NCBI GenBank assembly: GCA_963706285.1
Contig: CAVPLU010000017.1
Span: forward strand, 1-47,271
Source of the DNA: Candidatus Bathyarchaeota archaeon
GTDB lineage: Archaea; Thermoproteota; Bathyarchaeia; 40CM-2-53-6
Direction: 5' to 3'
Length of the DNA: 47,271 nt
Below, piece by piece: positions 29,719 to 40,167 of the stretch (its first letter is position 1; the number at the start of each line of letters is the position of its first letter). A model generated the notes under the pieces. The model had not been told where the DNA came from, made no database searches, and saw only the letters and a list, made by a program, of their open reading frames with translations. Made by a program: the position numbers and the translations under genes.

Positions 29719-30615
29719 TTGGTTTGCATCCTATGGCACTTAGTAATTGATTTCGTATTGGTCTCTCAGGTACTTTTTTGGGGTACGATACTAGGATGCA
29801 TATACATTCTCATAGCCTCAGGACTGAATCTGATTTTCGGCGTGATGAAACTTGTCAACTTCGCCCACGGTGAATTCGTTATCATGGGCGGCTATGCTAG
29901 CTACTGGGCTGTGACTCTGCTAAACATCAACCCCTACGCAGCCATCTTCATTTCGATGGCAATAACTGGACTCTTTGGGGTTGTTGTCGAAAGAACATGT
30001 TTCAGAAGAGTTCTTGGATCAACAAAAGTGAATGAAGTCCTCCTAAGTGTTGGCTTGATTTACATACTGCAGAATTTCATGGCTCTCGCGTGGACCGATT
30101 ATCCGCGAGGAATTCACAGCCCGTATGAGAAGACCGTCATTTCGCTGGGCGTTATGAATCTGAATCTTGACTGGGTGATGGCTATCTCAATAACAATTGC
30201 CATCATGGTTGGCCTTCACGTTGTGCTCAACTTCACCGAGACGGGAAGGGCGATGAGAGCAACGAGCCAGAACAGACGAGCCGCCACACTGATGGGCATA
30301 GATGTGGAGCGAATAGACATGCTGAGCTTCGGAGTCGGAATATCGCTTGCGGCAGCTGCAGGAACATTACTGGCAATAATTACCTCGATTACGCCCACTG
30401 CTGGGTCGCTCCCGGCTTTGAAGGCGTTTGCCATCATAGTACTTGGAGGGTTAGGCAGCTCAGCAGGAGCCGTGATTGGTGGCATAGCATACGGTGTGGT
30501 CGAAGGGATGGCGGTCTTCACTCTCGGAGGAACATGGAGGAACGCCATAGGATTCGTTGTTCTGATACTCGTCTTGATCTTCAGGCCGACCGGCCTCTTT
30601 GGCGAAGGTGAATAG
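29719..30615 (+). CDS. livH: Liv-type ABC transporter permease (LivH-like)
   Basis: GLNLIFGVMKLVNFAHGEF, GRAMRA, AIIVLGGLGS, RPTGLFG. Confidence 0.9.
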   Translation: MVCILWHLVIDFVLVSQVLFWGTILGCIYILIASGLNLIFGVMKLVNFAHGEFVIMGGYASYWAVTLLNINPYAAIFISMAITGLFGVVVERTCFRRVLGSTKVNEVLLSVGLIYILQNFMALAWTDYPRGIHSPYEKTVISLGVMNLNLDWVMAISITIAIMVGLHVVLNFTETGRAMRATSQNRRAATLMGIDVERIDMLSFGVGISLAAAAGTLLAIITSITPTAGSLPALKAFAIIVLGGLGSSAGAVIGGIAYGVVEGMAVFTLGGTWRNAIGFVVLILVLIFRPTGLFGEGE

Positions 30616-31577
30616 TGCATTTGGAAATTCTCCCTTCTCAGACACGCCAATCCCGAGGACTCGTCGTGCCCGCGATTCTGCTGGCAATCGCCTCGATAGC
30701 GCCGTTCCTTGTTCCAAGTCCGTACATTCTGCACGTCATGGTGCTCATACTCTTCTACGTCGGATACGCCTCAAGCTGGAATATCCTAGCATACTCAGGT
30801 CAAGTCTCATTTGGGCACGCTGCCTTTCTAGGGTTAGGCGGTTACATCAGCACCCTGATCGCTCTCAAGATGGGCGTGCTGTGGATTGGGATCGTGGTTG
30901 GAGGAGTGGGTGCCGCCGGTGTGGGCCTTCTGATAGGGCTAACGTGTGTGCGCCTAAGAGAATGGTTCCTTGCACTTGTAACGTTCGGTTTCACCATGAT
31001 CCTGGAAGCGATCGTAATAGAATTCGATTGGATTACTGCCGGAACATTTGGAATGGCGGTTCCTGCTCTATTGCCGTCAGTTCAAGCATACTACTATCTG
31101 ATGTTGCTTCTTGCACTGTGCCCTGTGATAGTTATGATCTTGTTGAAACGCTCGACGATGGGACTGGCGTTTCAAAGCATTCGGGAAAATGAGGCGGAGG
31201 CGAACGCCAGCGGCGTGAATCCGACAAAATACAAGATAATCGCTTTCACGATTAGTACGTTTCTTACTGGTATCCTGGGGGCATCCTACGCGCATTATGT
31301 GGGCTTCATCAATCCTCAGATCTTCAGCCTAGACTTCTCGTTCTGGCCGGTCATAATGGCTGTAATCGGCGGGATGGCTACCGTTGAGGGACCGATAGTT
31401 GGAGCTGTCCTTCTCATGTTCGTATGGGAGTTTCTGAGAATGATAGATCCTAGAGTTAGGCTATTGTTGATAGGAGTGACAATGGTTCTTGTGATGATTC
31501 TGATGCCTCGAGGTATCGTACCACTCGCAAAGTCACGCATCAAGAAAGCCAGCGAAGAAGTCTCTGATTCAAGGTGA
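30615..31577 (+). CDS. livM: Liv-type ABC transporter permease (LivM-like)
   Basis: GQVSFGHAAFLGLGGY, IRENE...GVN, GPIVGA, PRGI. Confidence 0.9.
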   Translation: MHLEILPSQTRQSRGLVVPAILLAIASIAPFLVPSPYILHVMVLILFYVGYASSWNILAYSGQVSFGHAAFLGLGGYISTLIALKMGVLWIGIVVGGVGAAGVGLLIGLTCVRLREWFLALVTFGFTMILEAIVIEFDWITAGTFGMAVPALLPSVQAYYYLMLLLALCPVIVMILLKRSTMGLAFQSIRENEAEANASGVNPTKYKIIAFTISTFLTGILGASYAHYVGFINPQIFSLDFSFWPVIMAVIGGMATVEGPIVGAVLLMFVWEFLRMIDPRVRLLLIGVTMVLVMILMPRGIVPLAKSRIKKASEEVSDSR

Positions 31578-32878
31578 ATGTGATGGAGTACTGGGATCCA
31601 AGTGTGGAAAGAACGCCGCCTAACGAACTCAAGAGTCTGCAGGAAAAGAGCCTGAGAGCCCTCCTTTCGTACGTGTACGCGCACTCCGATTTTCACAGGA
31701 AGCGATTCAAAGAAGCCGGAATAGACCCTCGCGACATAAAATCACTGGAGGATCTGCGAAAACTTCCATTCATGGTGAAGAGAGACTTCAGAGACACATA
31801 CCCCACCGGAATGTTCTGTGTTCCGAGAAATCAGGTTGTTCGTTATCACGCCTCAAGCGGCACAACCGGGAAACCCACTCTGGTCGGATACACGAGAAAC
31901 GACATCACAGAATGGAGCACATCGCTTGCCAGAGGTTTGACCTCTCTTGGAATCGGTAGAGGAGACGTGATGCAGAATGCATACGGATACGGGCTTTTCA
32001 CGGGAGGACTCGGGTTTCACTACGCAGGAGAAATGGTTGGTGCAGTCGTTCTGCCGACTGGAGCTGGGACAACAGAACGCCAAATCGAGTTGATGCAGGA
32101 CCTGGGCACAACCGCAATCAGTTGCACGCCATCATACTTCCTCTACCTCTGCGAGACCGCAAGAGCGTTAGGTGTCAATCTGAGAGAGACGAAACTGAAG
32201 GCCGGCCTTTTTGGAGCCGAACCCTGGTCAGAAGATATGAGGAAGAGAATTGAGGACAATGGAATCAAAGCATATGACGTGTACGGGACATCGGAGCTCA
32301 GCGGCCCACTCTTCACAGAATGCACCTACCAAAGAGGAATGCATGTTTGGGCCGACCAGTTCTTGGTCGAAGTGGTCGATCCCAAGACGGGAGAGAATGT
32401 GAGCGACGGAGAACGCGGAGAACTCGTCTTCACAACTCTCAAGAAAGAAGCGTTACCGCTTATCAGATACCGCACCGGCGATCTGACCTCGCTTGACAGC
32501 GAGGTCTGTGACTGTGGTCGCACTCACCCTAGGATAATGAAGATACTGGCCAGAGTGGATGACATGCTGGTCATTAGAGGAATCAACGTATTCCCCAGTC
32601 AGGTGGAATCGGCGCTTATGCGGATACCTGAACTTGGAGACAACTATGAACTCATCGTTGACAGAGTTCACGAACTGGACACTCTGATGGTGAGGGTCGA
32701 GGCTAGGAAGGAGATATTCGCCGATGGGGCTAGCGCCCTTCCCGCATTGGAGAGCAAAGTCAGCCATGTGTTGAGGAATATTCTGAGCCTTGACGTGAAA
32801 GTGGAGATCTTGGAGCCTCAGAAGATCGCACGCTCCATAGGCAAGGCGAAGAGGGTCACTGACAAAAGGAAGATATAG
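31574..32878 (+). CDS. paaK: Phenylacetate--CoA ligase family protein
   Basis: HASSGTTGKPT, YGYGLFTGGLG, GAEPWS, YGTSE, IRYRTGD, RGINVFPSQVE, GKAKRV. Confidence 0.92.
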   Translation: MNVMEYWDPSVERTPPNELKSLQEKSLRALLSYVYAHSDFHRKRFKEAGIDPRDIKSLEDLRKLPFMVKRDFRDTYPTGMFCVPRNQVVRYHASSGTTGKPTLVGYTRNDITEWSTSLARGLTSLGIGRGDVMQNAYGYGLFTGGLGFHYAGEMVGAVVLPTGAGTTERQIELMQDLGTTAISCTPSYFLYLCETARALGVNLRETKLKAGLFGAEPWSEDMRKRIEDNGIKAYDVYGTSELSGPLFTECTYQRGMHVWADQFLVEVVDPKTGENVSDGERGELVFTTLKKEALPLIRYRTGDLTSLDSEVCDCGRTHPRIMKILARVDDMLVIRGINVFPSQVESALMRIPELGDNYELIVDRVHELDTLMVRVEARKEIFADGASALPALESKVSHVLRNILSLDVKVEILEPQKIARSIGKAKRVTDKRKI

Positions 32879-32923
32879 TAGCTGAAGGCCAGTGTGGCGG
32901 AACCTTAGGCGCGTAGATCGAAA

Positions 32924-34229
32924 TTGGTTAATCAAGGAAGAAGGAATTTTATCAAGTACGTAGCGGCTGGAGCTATCGTTGTCGGTGCTGCTGGAGGCGC
33001 ATACTACTACTTTACCCGCCCTCCCCCAACTGATCGAACCATCAAAATCGGCCTTGTTGCCTCACTCACTGGCGTAGCCTCCGACGTTGGAACGGACATG
33101 CAACGAGCCTCCGTTCTGGCGATCGAGGAAATCAACCGTGCTGGCGGCGTGTATGTGCAGGAATATGGCCAGAAGCTAATGATGGAACTCGTTACCGGCG
33201 ATGACAAATCCAGCCCGCAGGAAGGTGTCACTGCCGTCAAGCGTCTTATTCTGGAGGACATGACGGATCTTCTGGTGGGAGGCTTCTCTAGCCCGGTGAC
33301 GGCCGCGTCACAGGTGCCCGCGATCGAGAACAAAGTGCCTTTCATCATTACCGGTGCCTCAAGCTCCATCGTAACCAGAAGAACAGACATGGACACAAGC
33401 TACATGTTCCACTACTGCTCAATCACGGACGATTACTCGGAGGTCATTGTGCAATTCTTCGCTGACGTGATGAAGCCCAAGGTTGCACCATCAAGGAACT
33501 TCAAACTCGCGATACTGTACCAGGACTCCGCATACGGTAAGGGCTGCTACGATTCCTCGGTTCAAACCATCAAGGATCTCAAGCTGCCCATCGAGATTGT
33601 GGCGGCAGAGAAATTCATAATGACTGACGTGGACTTCCACACGCAACTTGCAAAGATCCAAGCAGCAAAGCCTGATGGAGTGTATCATGCAGGCCTAGTC
33701 GCTGACACAGCAACAGCGCTCAAACAAGGACTGGGTGATGTCGGTTTGAAGACCGTGTATGTTTGTGTGGAGTGCTGCGATGACCCGAACTTCTTCAAAC
33801 TGATAGGAGAGTGGGCTGACTATCAGGTGCTTGAGTCAAAGTTCTCTTCCGCTGCAGACAGCTACATGCCGGCAGTGGACAAGTACGTCGCGGCATACAA
33901 GACACGGTGGAACATTCTGCCGGGCATGATGGGCGCCGACACTTATGACGCGATATACCTCACCAAGGCAGCCATAGAGAAAGCTGGCACTCTGGACAAG
34001 GCAAAACTGAGGGATACCATCGAGGGCATAGAGATCCCGCAGATGCTCATTCCAATGAAGAACGGCACAATCAAATTCGACAAGAATCACGAGATAGAGC
34101 CCATCTGCTTCATCGAGCAGATGCGCTACGACAAGACCACTAAGCTCTGTGAAACCATCCATCATCTATCCTGAGAAGATGAAGACGAAAAGCTTCGAGC
34201 TGCCACCATTCTACACTGTAGCACAGTGA
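32924..34229 (+). CDS. Liv-type ABC substrate-binding protein with twin-arginine-like leader (frameshift near 34160)
   Basis: GRRNFIK plus a hydrophobic segment, IKIGLVASLTG, AIEEINRAGGV, YDAIY. The shifted-frame tail IYPEKMKTKSFELPPF ends TGA at 34229. Confidence 0.85.
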
Positions 34230-34249
34230 CAATCACTAATACAAGAGAA

Positions 34250-34861
34250 CTAGTGACGATCAGTTCTCTTGTACTCTTCTCTTCCTAATTCGAAGGCTCG
34301 CAGATTCGCGTCCAGATATTTCGAAGGCGACCTGTCAGCAATAGCTTTCTTCACCGTCTCTGGTTTGACTGGGATATTCTTCAGTGCCGATATGAACCCC
34401 AGAATCGCCGAATTTTGAGTCGCCAAGTTCCCAGTTGTTTCGGCGATCTTCATCGCGTCGATGACCATTACGTTCTCTGAAGCTCTAGAAACCTCCTTCA
34501 GGATCGCGTCTTCTGCTGGATACCCTTTGCCCAGAAGATACGCGGAGGGAGGCACTATGGTTGTCTTGCTCAACAGTACCAGTGTCTCGCGGTTTGCGTA
34601 CTTCAGCATCCTCAGTACTTCTAGTTGTTCAAATCCAATTATGAGGTCTGCACTACCTTCCATGACGGTTGGTGAGTGAACTTCACCAATGCGGACGTGG
34701 CATGTGACCGAACCGCCCCTCTGTGCCATCCCATGAATCTCAGCTATCCTTGCGTCGAGCCCCTCGCGAAGGGCTGCCTCACCAAGAATTTCTGAAAGAA
34801 AGATGACACCCTGCCCCCCAACTCCCGCAACAACGATATTGTATTCGTTTGGCAGGTTCAC
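34250..34861 (-). CDS. iorB: Indolepyruvate:ferredoxin oxidoreductase beta subunit
   Basis: GVGGQG, EIHGMAQRGGSV, NLRAFELG. Confidence 0.92.
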   Translation of the reverse strand: MNLPNEYNIVVAGVGGQGVIFLSEILGEAALREGLDARIAEIHGMAQRGGSVTCHVRIGEVHSPTVMEGSADLIIGFEQLEVLRMLKYANRETLVLLSKTTIVPPSAYLLGKGYPAEDAILKEVSRASENVMVIDAMKIAETTGNLATQNSAILGFISALKNIPVKPETVKKAIADRSPSKYLDANLRAFELGREEYKRTDRH

Positions 34862-36708
34862 TCAACTCGCTTTACGGCGTCAAAGGGGCATACCACGACG
34901 CAGAACCCGCAGCCGTTGCACAACTCCTTGTCGATCTTGGCCTTCTCGTCCTCAATGTAGAAGGCTGGGCAGCCAAAGTAATCATTCCTGACACACAACT
35001 GGCACCCTCTACACTTGGAATCCACAACAAGGTAGGGCTGCTTTCTTCCATCTCTCTTGTTTTCGATGATGCTGCATTGATGACGCAGAACCACGACAGA
35101 TGGACCGGAGAAAGAGATTGCCTCTTTGAGGATTTGCTTGGTCTCAGCGGCGTTGTGGGGATCAGTCACCTTGACGAATTGCACGCCGCACCCTTTCGCC
35201 ACGTCTTCAATGGACACTTGTTTGCCGCGGACGTTTGGATCCCACGAGCCAGGATGAGGCTGAAAGCCAGTCATCGCGGTCGTCATGTTATCCAATACCA
35301 CCACAACTATCCGGTGATTGTTAGTGACGGCGTTGATCAGACCGGGGATTGCGGCGTGGAAGAATGTTGAGTCTCCGACTATGGATAGAACAGGTTCATC
35401 CTGAACTCTACTCACACCGGATGCAACACCGACACCGGCGCCCATGCAAATGAGAATGTCACCGATAACCTCCGGTGCCTGAATCCCCAACGCGTAACAT
35501 CCAATGTCCGTGCAGTAGACGGTCTTTGGTTTCAAAGTCGTTTTCATGAGGTAGAAGGAGGCACGGTGAGGACAGCCAGGGCAAAGCACAGGCGGCCGCG
35601 GAGGAATCGGAAACGCGAGTTTGAAACTCCTGCCCTCCGTCAGCTGCGTTGGAGGATTCTTGCCAAGACCCTTACAGAAAGCATCGCAAACGATTCCAGT
35701 AGAATGCTCATGGTTCCTAGGTAGATGCCCTGTCAACTTCCCTAGGATGGTTGGACTGTTAGGTGTTCCATATGCGATGCTTCTGACCGCGTTCTCTAGG
35801 ACTGGCTCAAGCTCCTCCACAACGAATACTTTCTTGAATCTCTTGACAAAATCCAGGATTAGCTTTGAGGGGAGAGGATAGGTTAACCCCAGTTTCAATA
35901 CTGACGCGTTGATGCCGAGTCTGCTCAACGCTTCAATGCTATAGTTGGTCGATACACCCGACGTGATGATTCCTAACTCTTCGCCTTCTCTGATGATCTT
36001 GTTGAAACCGGATGTTTCGCTAATCTCTGTTGCCTGATCAAGTCTCTTCAGGAGTACTTCGTGTCTTGTCAATGCGTTGCTGGGTATCATGACAAAGCGC
36101 TTCGCATCTTTCAGGAAATGGGGTTTGGACGGTTTCTCCACAATCTCTCCAAGTCTGACCGGGCTCAGCGTGTGATTTACGCGCGTTGTTGTTCTGAGAA
36201 GCACCGGAAGCTCCAGTTTTTCCGAGATTTCGAATGCCTCAACAGTCATGTCCTTGGCTTCTTGAGCGTCTGCCGGTTCCAGGCACGGGATCCCAGCGAG
36301 TTGTGCGTAGTACCTGTTGTCCTGCTCGTTCTGGGAACTCCAGCATCCAGGATCGTCAGCTGAAACAATCACGCACCCCGCCCTCACCCCGACATATGCG
36401 AGTGTCACCAAAACGTCAGAGGCAACATTCACGCCCACATGTTTCATGCTCGCGATCGATCGCACACCTGTGACTGCTGCTCCGGCTGCAACCTCAAGGG
36501 CGACCTTCTCGTTAGTTGAATACTCCACGTACATGCCGGTCTTTTCAGACGCCTCGTAGAGAGTGTCCGTGATCTCAGACGCAGGCGTTCCCGGGTAACA
36601 CGTCGAGACTTTGACGCCGGCTTCGAGACAGCCCCGGGCAATCGCCTCATTGCCCGACATGAGAACCCGATCCCCGGGCGCTCCTAACAGTTTCTTGAGA
36701 TTGGCCAC
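34858..36708 (-). CDS. iorA: Indolepyruvate:ferredoxin oxidoreductase alpha subunit
   Basis: GNEAIARG, YPGTPASE, NEKVALE, MKHVG, SSQNEQD, RPPVLCPGCPHR, GDSTFFH, TAMTGFQ and a C-terminal 2x[4Fe-4S] ferredoxin domain. Confidence 0.95.
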   Translation of the reverse strand: MANLKKLLGAPGDRVLMSGNEAIARGCLEAGVKVSTCYPGTPASEITDTLYEASEKTGMYVEYSTNEKVALEVAAGAAVTGVRSIASMKHVGVNVASDVLVTLAYVGVRAGCVIVSADDPGCWSSQNEQDNRYYAQLAGIPCLEPADAQEAKDMTVEAFEISEKLELPVLLRTTTRVNHTLSPVRLGEIVEKPSKPHFLKDAKRFVMIPSNALTRHEVLLKRLDQATEISETSGFNKIIREGEELGIITSGVSTNYSIEALSRLGINASVLKLGLTYPLPSKLILDFVKRFKKVFVVEELEPVLENAVRSIAYGTPNSPTILGKLTGHLPRNHEHSTGIVCDAFCKGLGKNPPTQLTEGRSFKLAFPIPPRPPVLCPGCPHRASFYLMKTTLKPKTVYCTDIGCYALGIQAPEVIGDILICMGAGVGVASGVSRVQDEPVLSIVGDSTFFHAAIPGLINAVTNNHRIVVVVLDNMTTAMTGFQPHPGSWDPNVRGKQVSIEDVAKGCGVQFVKVTDPHNAAETKQILKEAISFSGPSVVVLRHQCSIIENKRDGRKQPYLVVDSKCRGCQLCVRNDYFGCPAFYIEDEKAKIDKELCNGCGFCVVVCPFDAVKRVE

Positions 36709-36778
36709 TCTAACTTCTGCTCCGGTCGAAAAGAACCGAGGAACACATGCACTGGAGGGGCAGCATCATGTCAGGGAT

Positions 36779-37603
36779 TCACCTGTACGTTTTGAGCAGT
36801 TGCCCGAGATCCAGTTTCGGAGCTGAGACTCTAACTCGCTCTGCGATTGTGGGGCGGTCTTGCTTGAACAACGTGCCGATCATGATCTTCTCTTCTATTC
36901 GTGAGAGTCTGAGGGCCGCTTCATAGTTGGATGGATCATGTTCCGGGCCGATCTCGACAATCTTGTCAATGTGATCGCTCCAAGTGTCGTGGAAGGTGGG
37001 GCATGGGTTCAGTATGTGTATCAATGAGAAGCCTTTGTGCGCGATTCCTTCAGCGATCAAATGTGATAGATGGTTGGGTCTGCCGGGAAAGCCTCGGCCG
37101 AGGAATGAGATACCACACGACAAAGCATAGTGATCGATATCGAGTGGGTCCTCAGGATGTCCACTGGGAGTAGTATCTGTCTTGAATCCGAATGGTGTTG
37201 TGGGTGACGGTTGACCTTTCGTTTGCGCGTAGATTCCGTTATCGATGACAATGAAAGTTATGTCAGGATTTCTTCGGGCCGCGTGTAGGAAATGTCCTCC
37301 GCCGATAGCGAATGCGTCTCCGTCCCCTGCGATTCCAACAACGTGCAGTTCGGGTTTGGTGATGTTGATTCCTTGAGCGACAGGTAGCACTCTTCCATGG
37401 AGCGTGTGGAAGCCATAGGTCTTGAAGTTGTGTGGGAAACGGCCGTTGCATCCAATCCCAGCAACGATTACGATTTGTTCATGGCTGAGACCAAGCTCCT
37501 GAAACGCCATGTCAACAGCCTTGAGCACGCCGTAGTCGCCACAGCCTGGACACCATGTTGGAAGGTACTCCTTCTCCCTGTACTCGCGTGTATCGATGCT
37601 CAT
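36779..37603 (-). CDS. korB: 2-oxoacid:ferredoxin oxidoreductase beta subunit (KorB-type)
   Basis: WCPGCG, GIGC, HGR, the GDGD...DNGIY TPP motif, TKGQPSPTT. Confidence 0.9.
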   Translation of the reverse strand: MSIDTREYREKEYLPTWCPGCGDYGVLKAVDMAFQELGLSHEQIVIVAGIGCNGRFPHNFKTYGFHTLHGRVLPVAQGINITKPELHVVGIAGDGDAFAIGGGHFLHAARRNPDITFIVIDNGIYAQTKGQPSPTTPFGFKTDTTPSGHPEDPLDIDHYALSCGISFLGRGFPGRPNHLSHLIAEGIAHKGFSLIHILNPCPTFHDTWSDHIDKIVEIGPEHDPSNYEAALRLSRIEEKIMIGTLFKQDRPTIAERVRVSAPKLDLGQLLKTYR

Positions 37604-39315
37604 TTTGAAGCCAGACCTTCGATCTTGCGGAAAATCTCTCCAGCCGTGAAAGGCAGTCCTTCTGACTTGCCAAATGGAATTGGTTCAATGCGGAAGGCTG
37701 CGCGAAGTACGTTAGCAAACTGGGATGTGTAATTCAATTCCGGAACAAGCAGCACTCTGACTCCTTCCATGAACTTGGAGATCTGCTCTTTGGGCAGCGG
37801 ATTCATCAGTTTGCACTGCAGCCAGCTCACATGGATGGATTTCTCCTTGGCACGCAAAACAGCTTCATGGATTGCTCCCTGAGTGGAGCCCCAACCAATC
37901 ACACCAAGCTTGGCCTGCGGATCAGATAGTTCCATGACGTTCAACGGATCGTTGGCGAGTTCCGTTGCAGCCGTTTCGAGTTTTCGGAATCGTTTCGCAC
38001 TCATTTCCGAATGGACGTCCGGGTTGACGTTTGGTTGACCTTTCTCATCATGCTCTACGGTCTCAGCAACGTACTGTCCGTTGGGCTCACCCGGTATCGA
38101 GACAGGCGAGATGCCGTTGTTGGTGACAGTGTATCGGCGGTAATTGTTGCCAGCAATTTCCGCTCTTCCCCGATCCAGAATCTTCAGCTTCTCAAGGACA
38201 GGTAGGGGCATGGCTTCCGTTTGTGAGGCCATCGCCTGGTCTGTCAGAACGATAACGGGAAGTTGGTATCGTTCAGCTAGGTTGAATGCTCTTACAGTCT
38301 GGTAGAAGCAGTCTTCCACATTGCCTGGGGCGAGGACGATCCTTGGGGCGTCGCCATGTCCACCGTACAGTGCATGGTTGAGATCCGATTGCTCAGTCTT
38401 AGTTGGAAGACCCGTTGAAGGCCCGCCTCTTTGCGCATTAACAATAACCACTGGGATCTCGGCCATAGAGGCCATCCCAATCATCTCGGTCATCAGCGAA
38501 AGTCCTGGTCCTGAAGTTGCTGTCATTGACTTTGTGCCCGCGAAGGAGGCTCCTATCGCTGCGCCCAGCGAGGCTATCTCATCCTCTCCCTGAAACAGAC
38601 TTCCGCCGAAACCGGGGAGAACGGCCGCCATTTCTTCGATGATGTCTCCTGCAGGAGTTATTGGGTATCCAGCGTAGAAACGACATCCAGCGGCGATGGC
38701 ACCTAACACTACCGCCTCATGTCCGGAGAGAACAATCCTGTCAAGATTCTTTGGCCGCGTAGGAGTAACCGCTTTCGGCGCTAACTTGTATCCGATGCCT
38801 ATTGCGGAAAGATTCTTCTGCAGCAGATCCTTCCGCGATCCCAACTTCTCCGTCACCACGCCTGCCAGGACGGATTCTTCGACGCCAATGTGGGCTGCTA
38901 TGTATCCGGATATGATCATGTTCCTGACTTTGGGTGAACGCAGATCATCTTTCGCGATCTTGGTGAATGGAGCACCAATACAACGTCTTGGTAAAGGCGT
39001 GTAGTCTTTCGGGGTTCGGTCTTGATCGATGATGGCCTCGCCCTCTGGCTTAAGATCCTTGGAGTGCATCGAGAGGGCCTCGGTGTCGAACGCGACGAGA
39101 AGATCGAGTAGATCACCTTGAGAGTAGGCATGTGAGTCGCTTATTCGAAGCTGATACATGCATGGGCCACCTCGAACTGAGGGAGGAAAGGTTCTGAAAC
39201 TGAAGATACTCAGTCCCATGCGTGAGACGGCGTAGGTCAGGACATTGCCGGCCAGAACCACACCGTCACCCGCCTCCCCTGCCAGACGAATAGTTAGATC
39301 CAAATGGTGACCCAC
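37600..39315 (-). CDS. korA: 2-oxoacid:ferredoxin oxidoreductase alpha subunit (gamma-alpha fusion, KorA-type)
   Basis: GEAGDG...VRGG gamma domain, YPITPA, EDEIAS, TSGPG, QRGGPSTGLPTKTEQSD. Confidence 0.92.
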   Translation of the reverse strand: MGHHLDLTIRLAGEAGDGVVLAGNVLTYAVSRMGLSIFSFRTFPPSVRGGPCMYQLRISDSHAYSQGDLLDLLVAFDTEALSMHSKDLKPEGEAIIDQDRTPKDYTPLPRRCIGAPFTKIAKDDLRSPKVRNMIISGYIAAHIGVEESVLAGVVTEKLGSRKDLLQKNLSAIGIGYKLAPKAVTPTRPKNLDRIVLSGHEAVVLGAIAAGCRFYAGYPITPAGDIIEEMAAVLPGFGGSLFQGEDEIASLGAAIGASFAGTKSMTATSGPGLSLMTEMIGMASMAEIPVVIVNAQRGGPSTGLPTKTEQSDLNHALYGGHGDAPRIVLAPGNVEDCFYQTVRAFNLAERYQLPVIVLTDQAMASQTEAMPLPVLEKLKILDRGRAEIAGNNYRRYTVTNNGISPVSIPGEPNGQYVAETVEHDEKGQPNVNPDVHSEMSAKRFRKLETAATELANDPLNVMELSDPQAKLGVIGWGSTQGAIHEAVLRAKEKSIHVSWLQCKLMNPLPKEQISKFMEGVRVLLVPELNYTSQFANVLRAAFRIEPIPFGKSEGLPFTAGEIFRKIEGLASK

Positions 39316-39898
39316 TAAGTTGGTTTGCCCCCGATGGTTTGGCGGGCTCTCTTATGGGTTTCTTTGGCGGAGCTATCACTCGCACCAATGAAGATTCTTG
39401 CTCTGATCCTCTTTCTTGGGCTATACTGGAGAGATTATTCCGTGCTGCAATGTTGAAGTCTTCATCCAGTCGGCAGCTTAGCCAATCTGAAACATACATG
39501 CATTCATGGTCGAGCGTATCTGATTGACCAAGCTATCATTTCTTTCTGTCGGACGCTGTCAAATCCTGTATCTCTTACTTCATCCCAAGAAGACTGTCAA
39601 TGACAATTTCCTCGTCCCGCCTAGATCCAAGTGGCAGACTGTTTCCTCGACTCTGAACTCTCGCCCCGCGCCTTCCGTTTCCAAAAGATCAGGAAACCAA
39701 ACAACTCATTCTGCGATTCCTGGACGACGGGATGCCGAGTAGCAAGGATAGTGACAGGAGGTTGAGACGTGTTTTGGACCGAGAATAGCCTGGTTTCTGT
39801 GGCCGCCTGTGTATAATTGTGTATCGTCAGTATCGAAACGCATATATGTATGCACGTCTATTAGTGTGGATATACGTCTCGACAAGAGGATACACAAA

Positions 39899-40153
39899 AT
39901 GAGTGTTAGAAAACTCGTCCTGCAACATCTACTCGGCAATAGCACGCACAAGATAGACCGACAGAGCTTGAAGAAGGTGATCACATTCACGGTCGGCTGG
40001 CAACTGTTCGGCATTGCCTTCTGGTTCTTCGTGGACACACAGATCCTTGGAATCAGTGTCGCACAGTTTCTCGGCTCCGGAGCCTTCGGTACAACGTGGG
40101 CGTTCATCGACAAGGTCGTAATGACGGGCATAGTACTGAAGATAGTCCGGTGA
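39899..40153 (+). CDS. Small hypothetical membrane protein
   Basis: 84-aa ORF from ATG 39899 with a GAGG SD and hydrophobic segments (ITFTVGWQLFGIAFWFF; ILGISVAQFLGSGAFG). Confidence 0.55.
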   Translation: MSVRKLVLQHLLGNSTHKIDRQSLKKVITFTVGWQLFGIAFWFFVDTQILGISVAQFLGSGAFGTTWAFIDKVVMTGIVLKIVR

Positions 40154-40167
40154 TAGTGGACTTGGTG

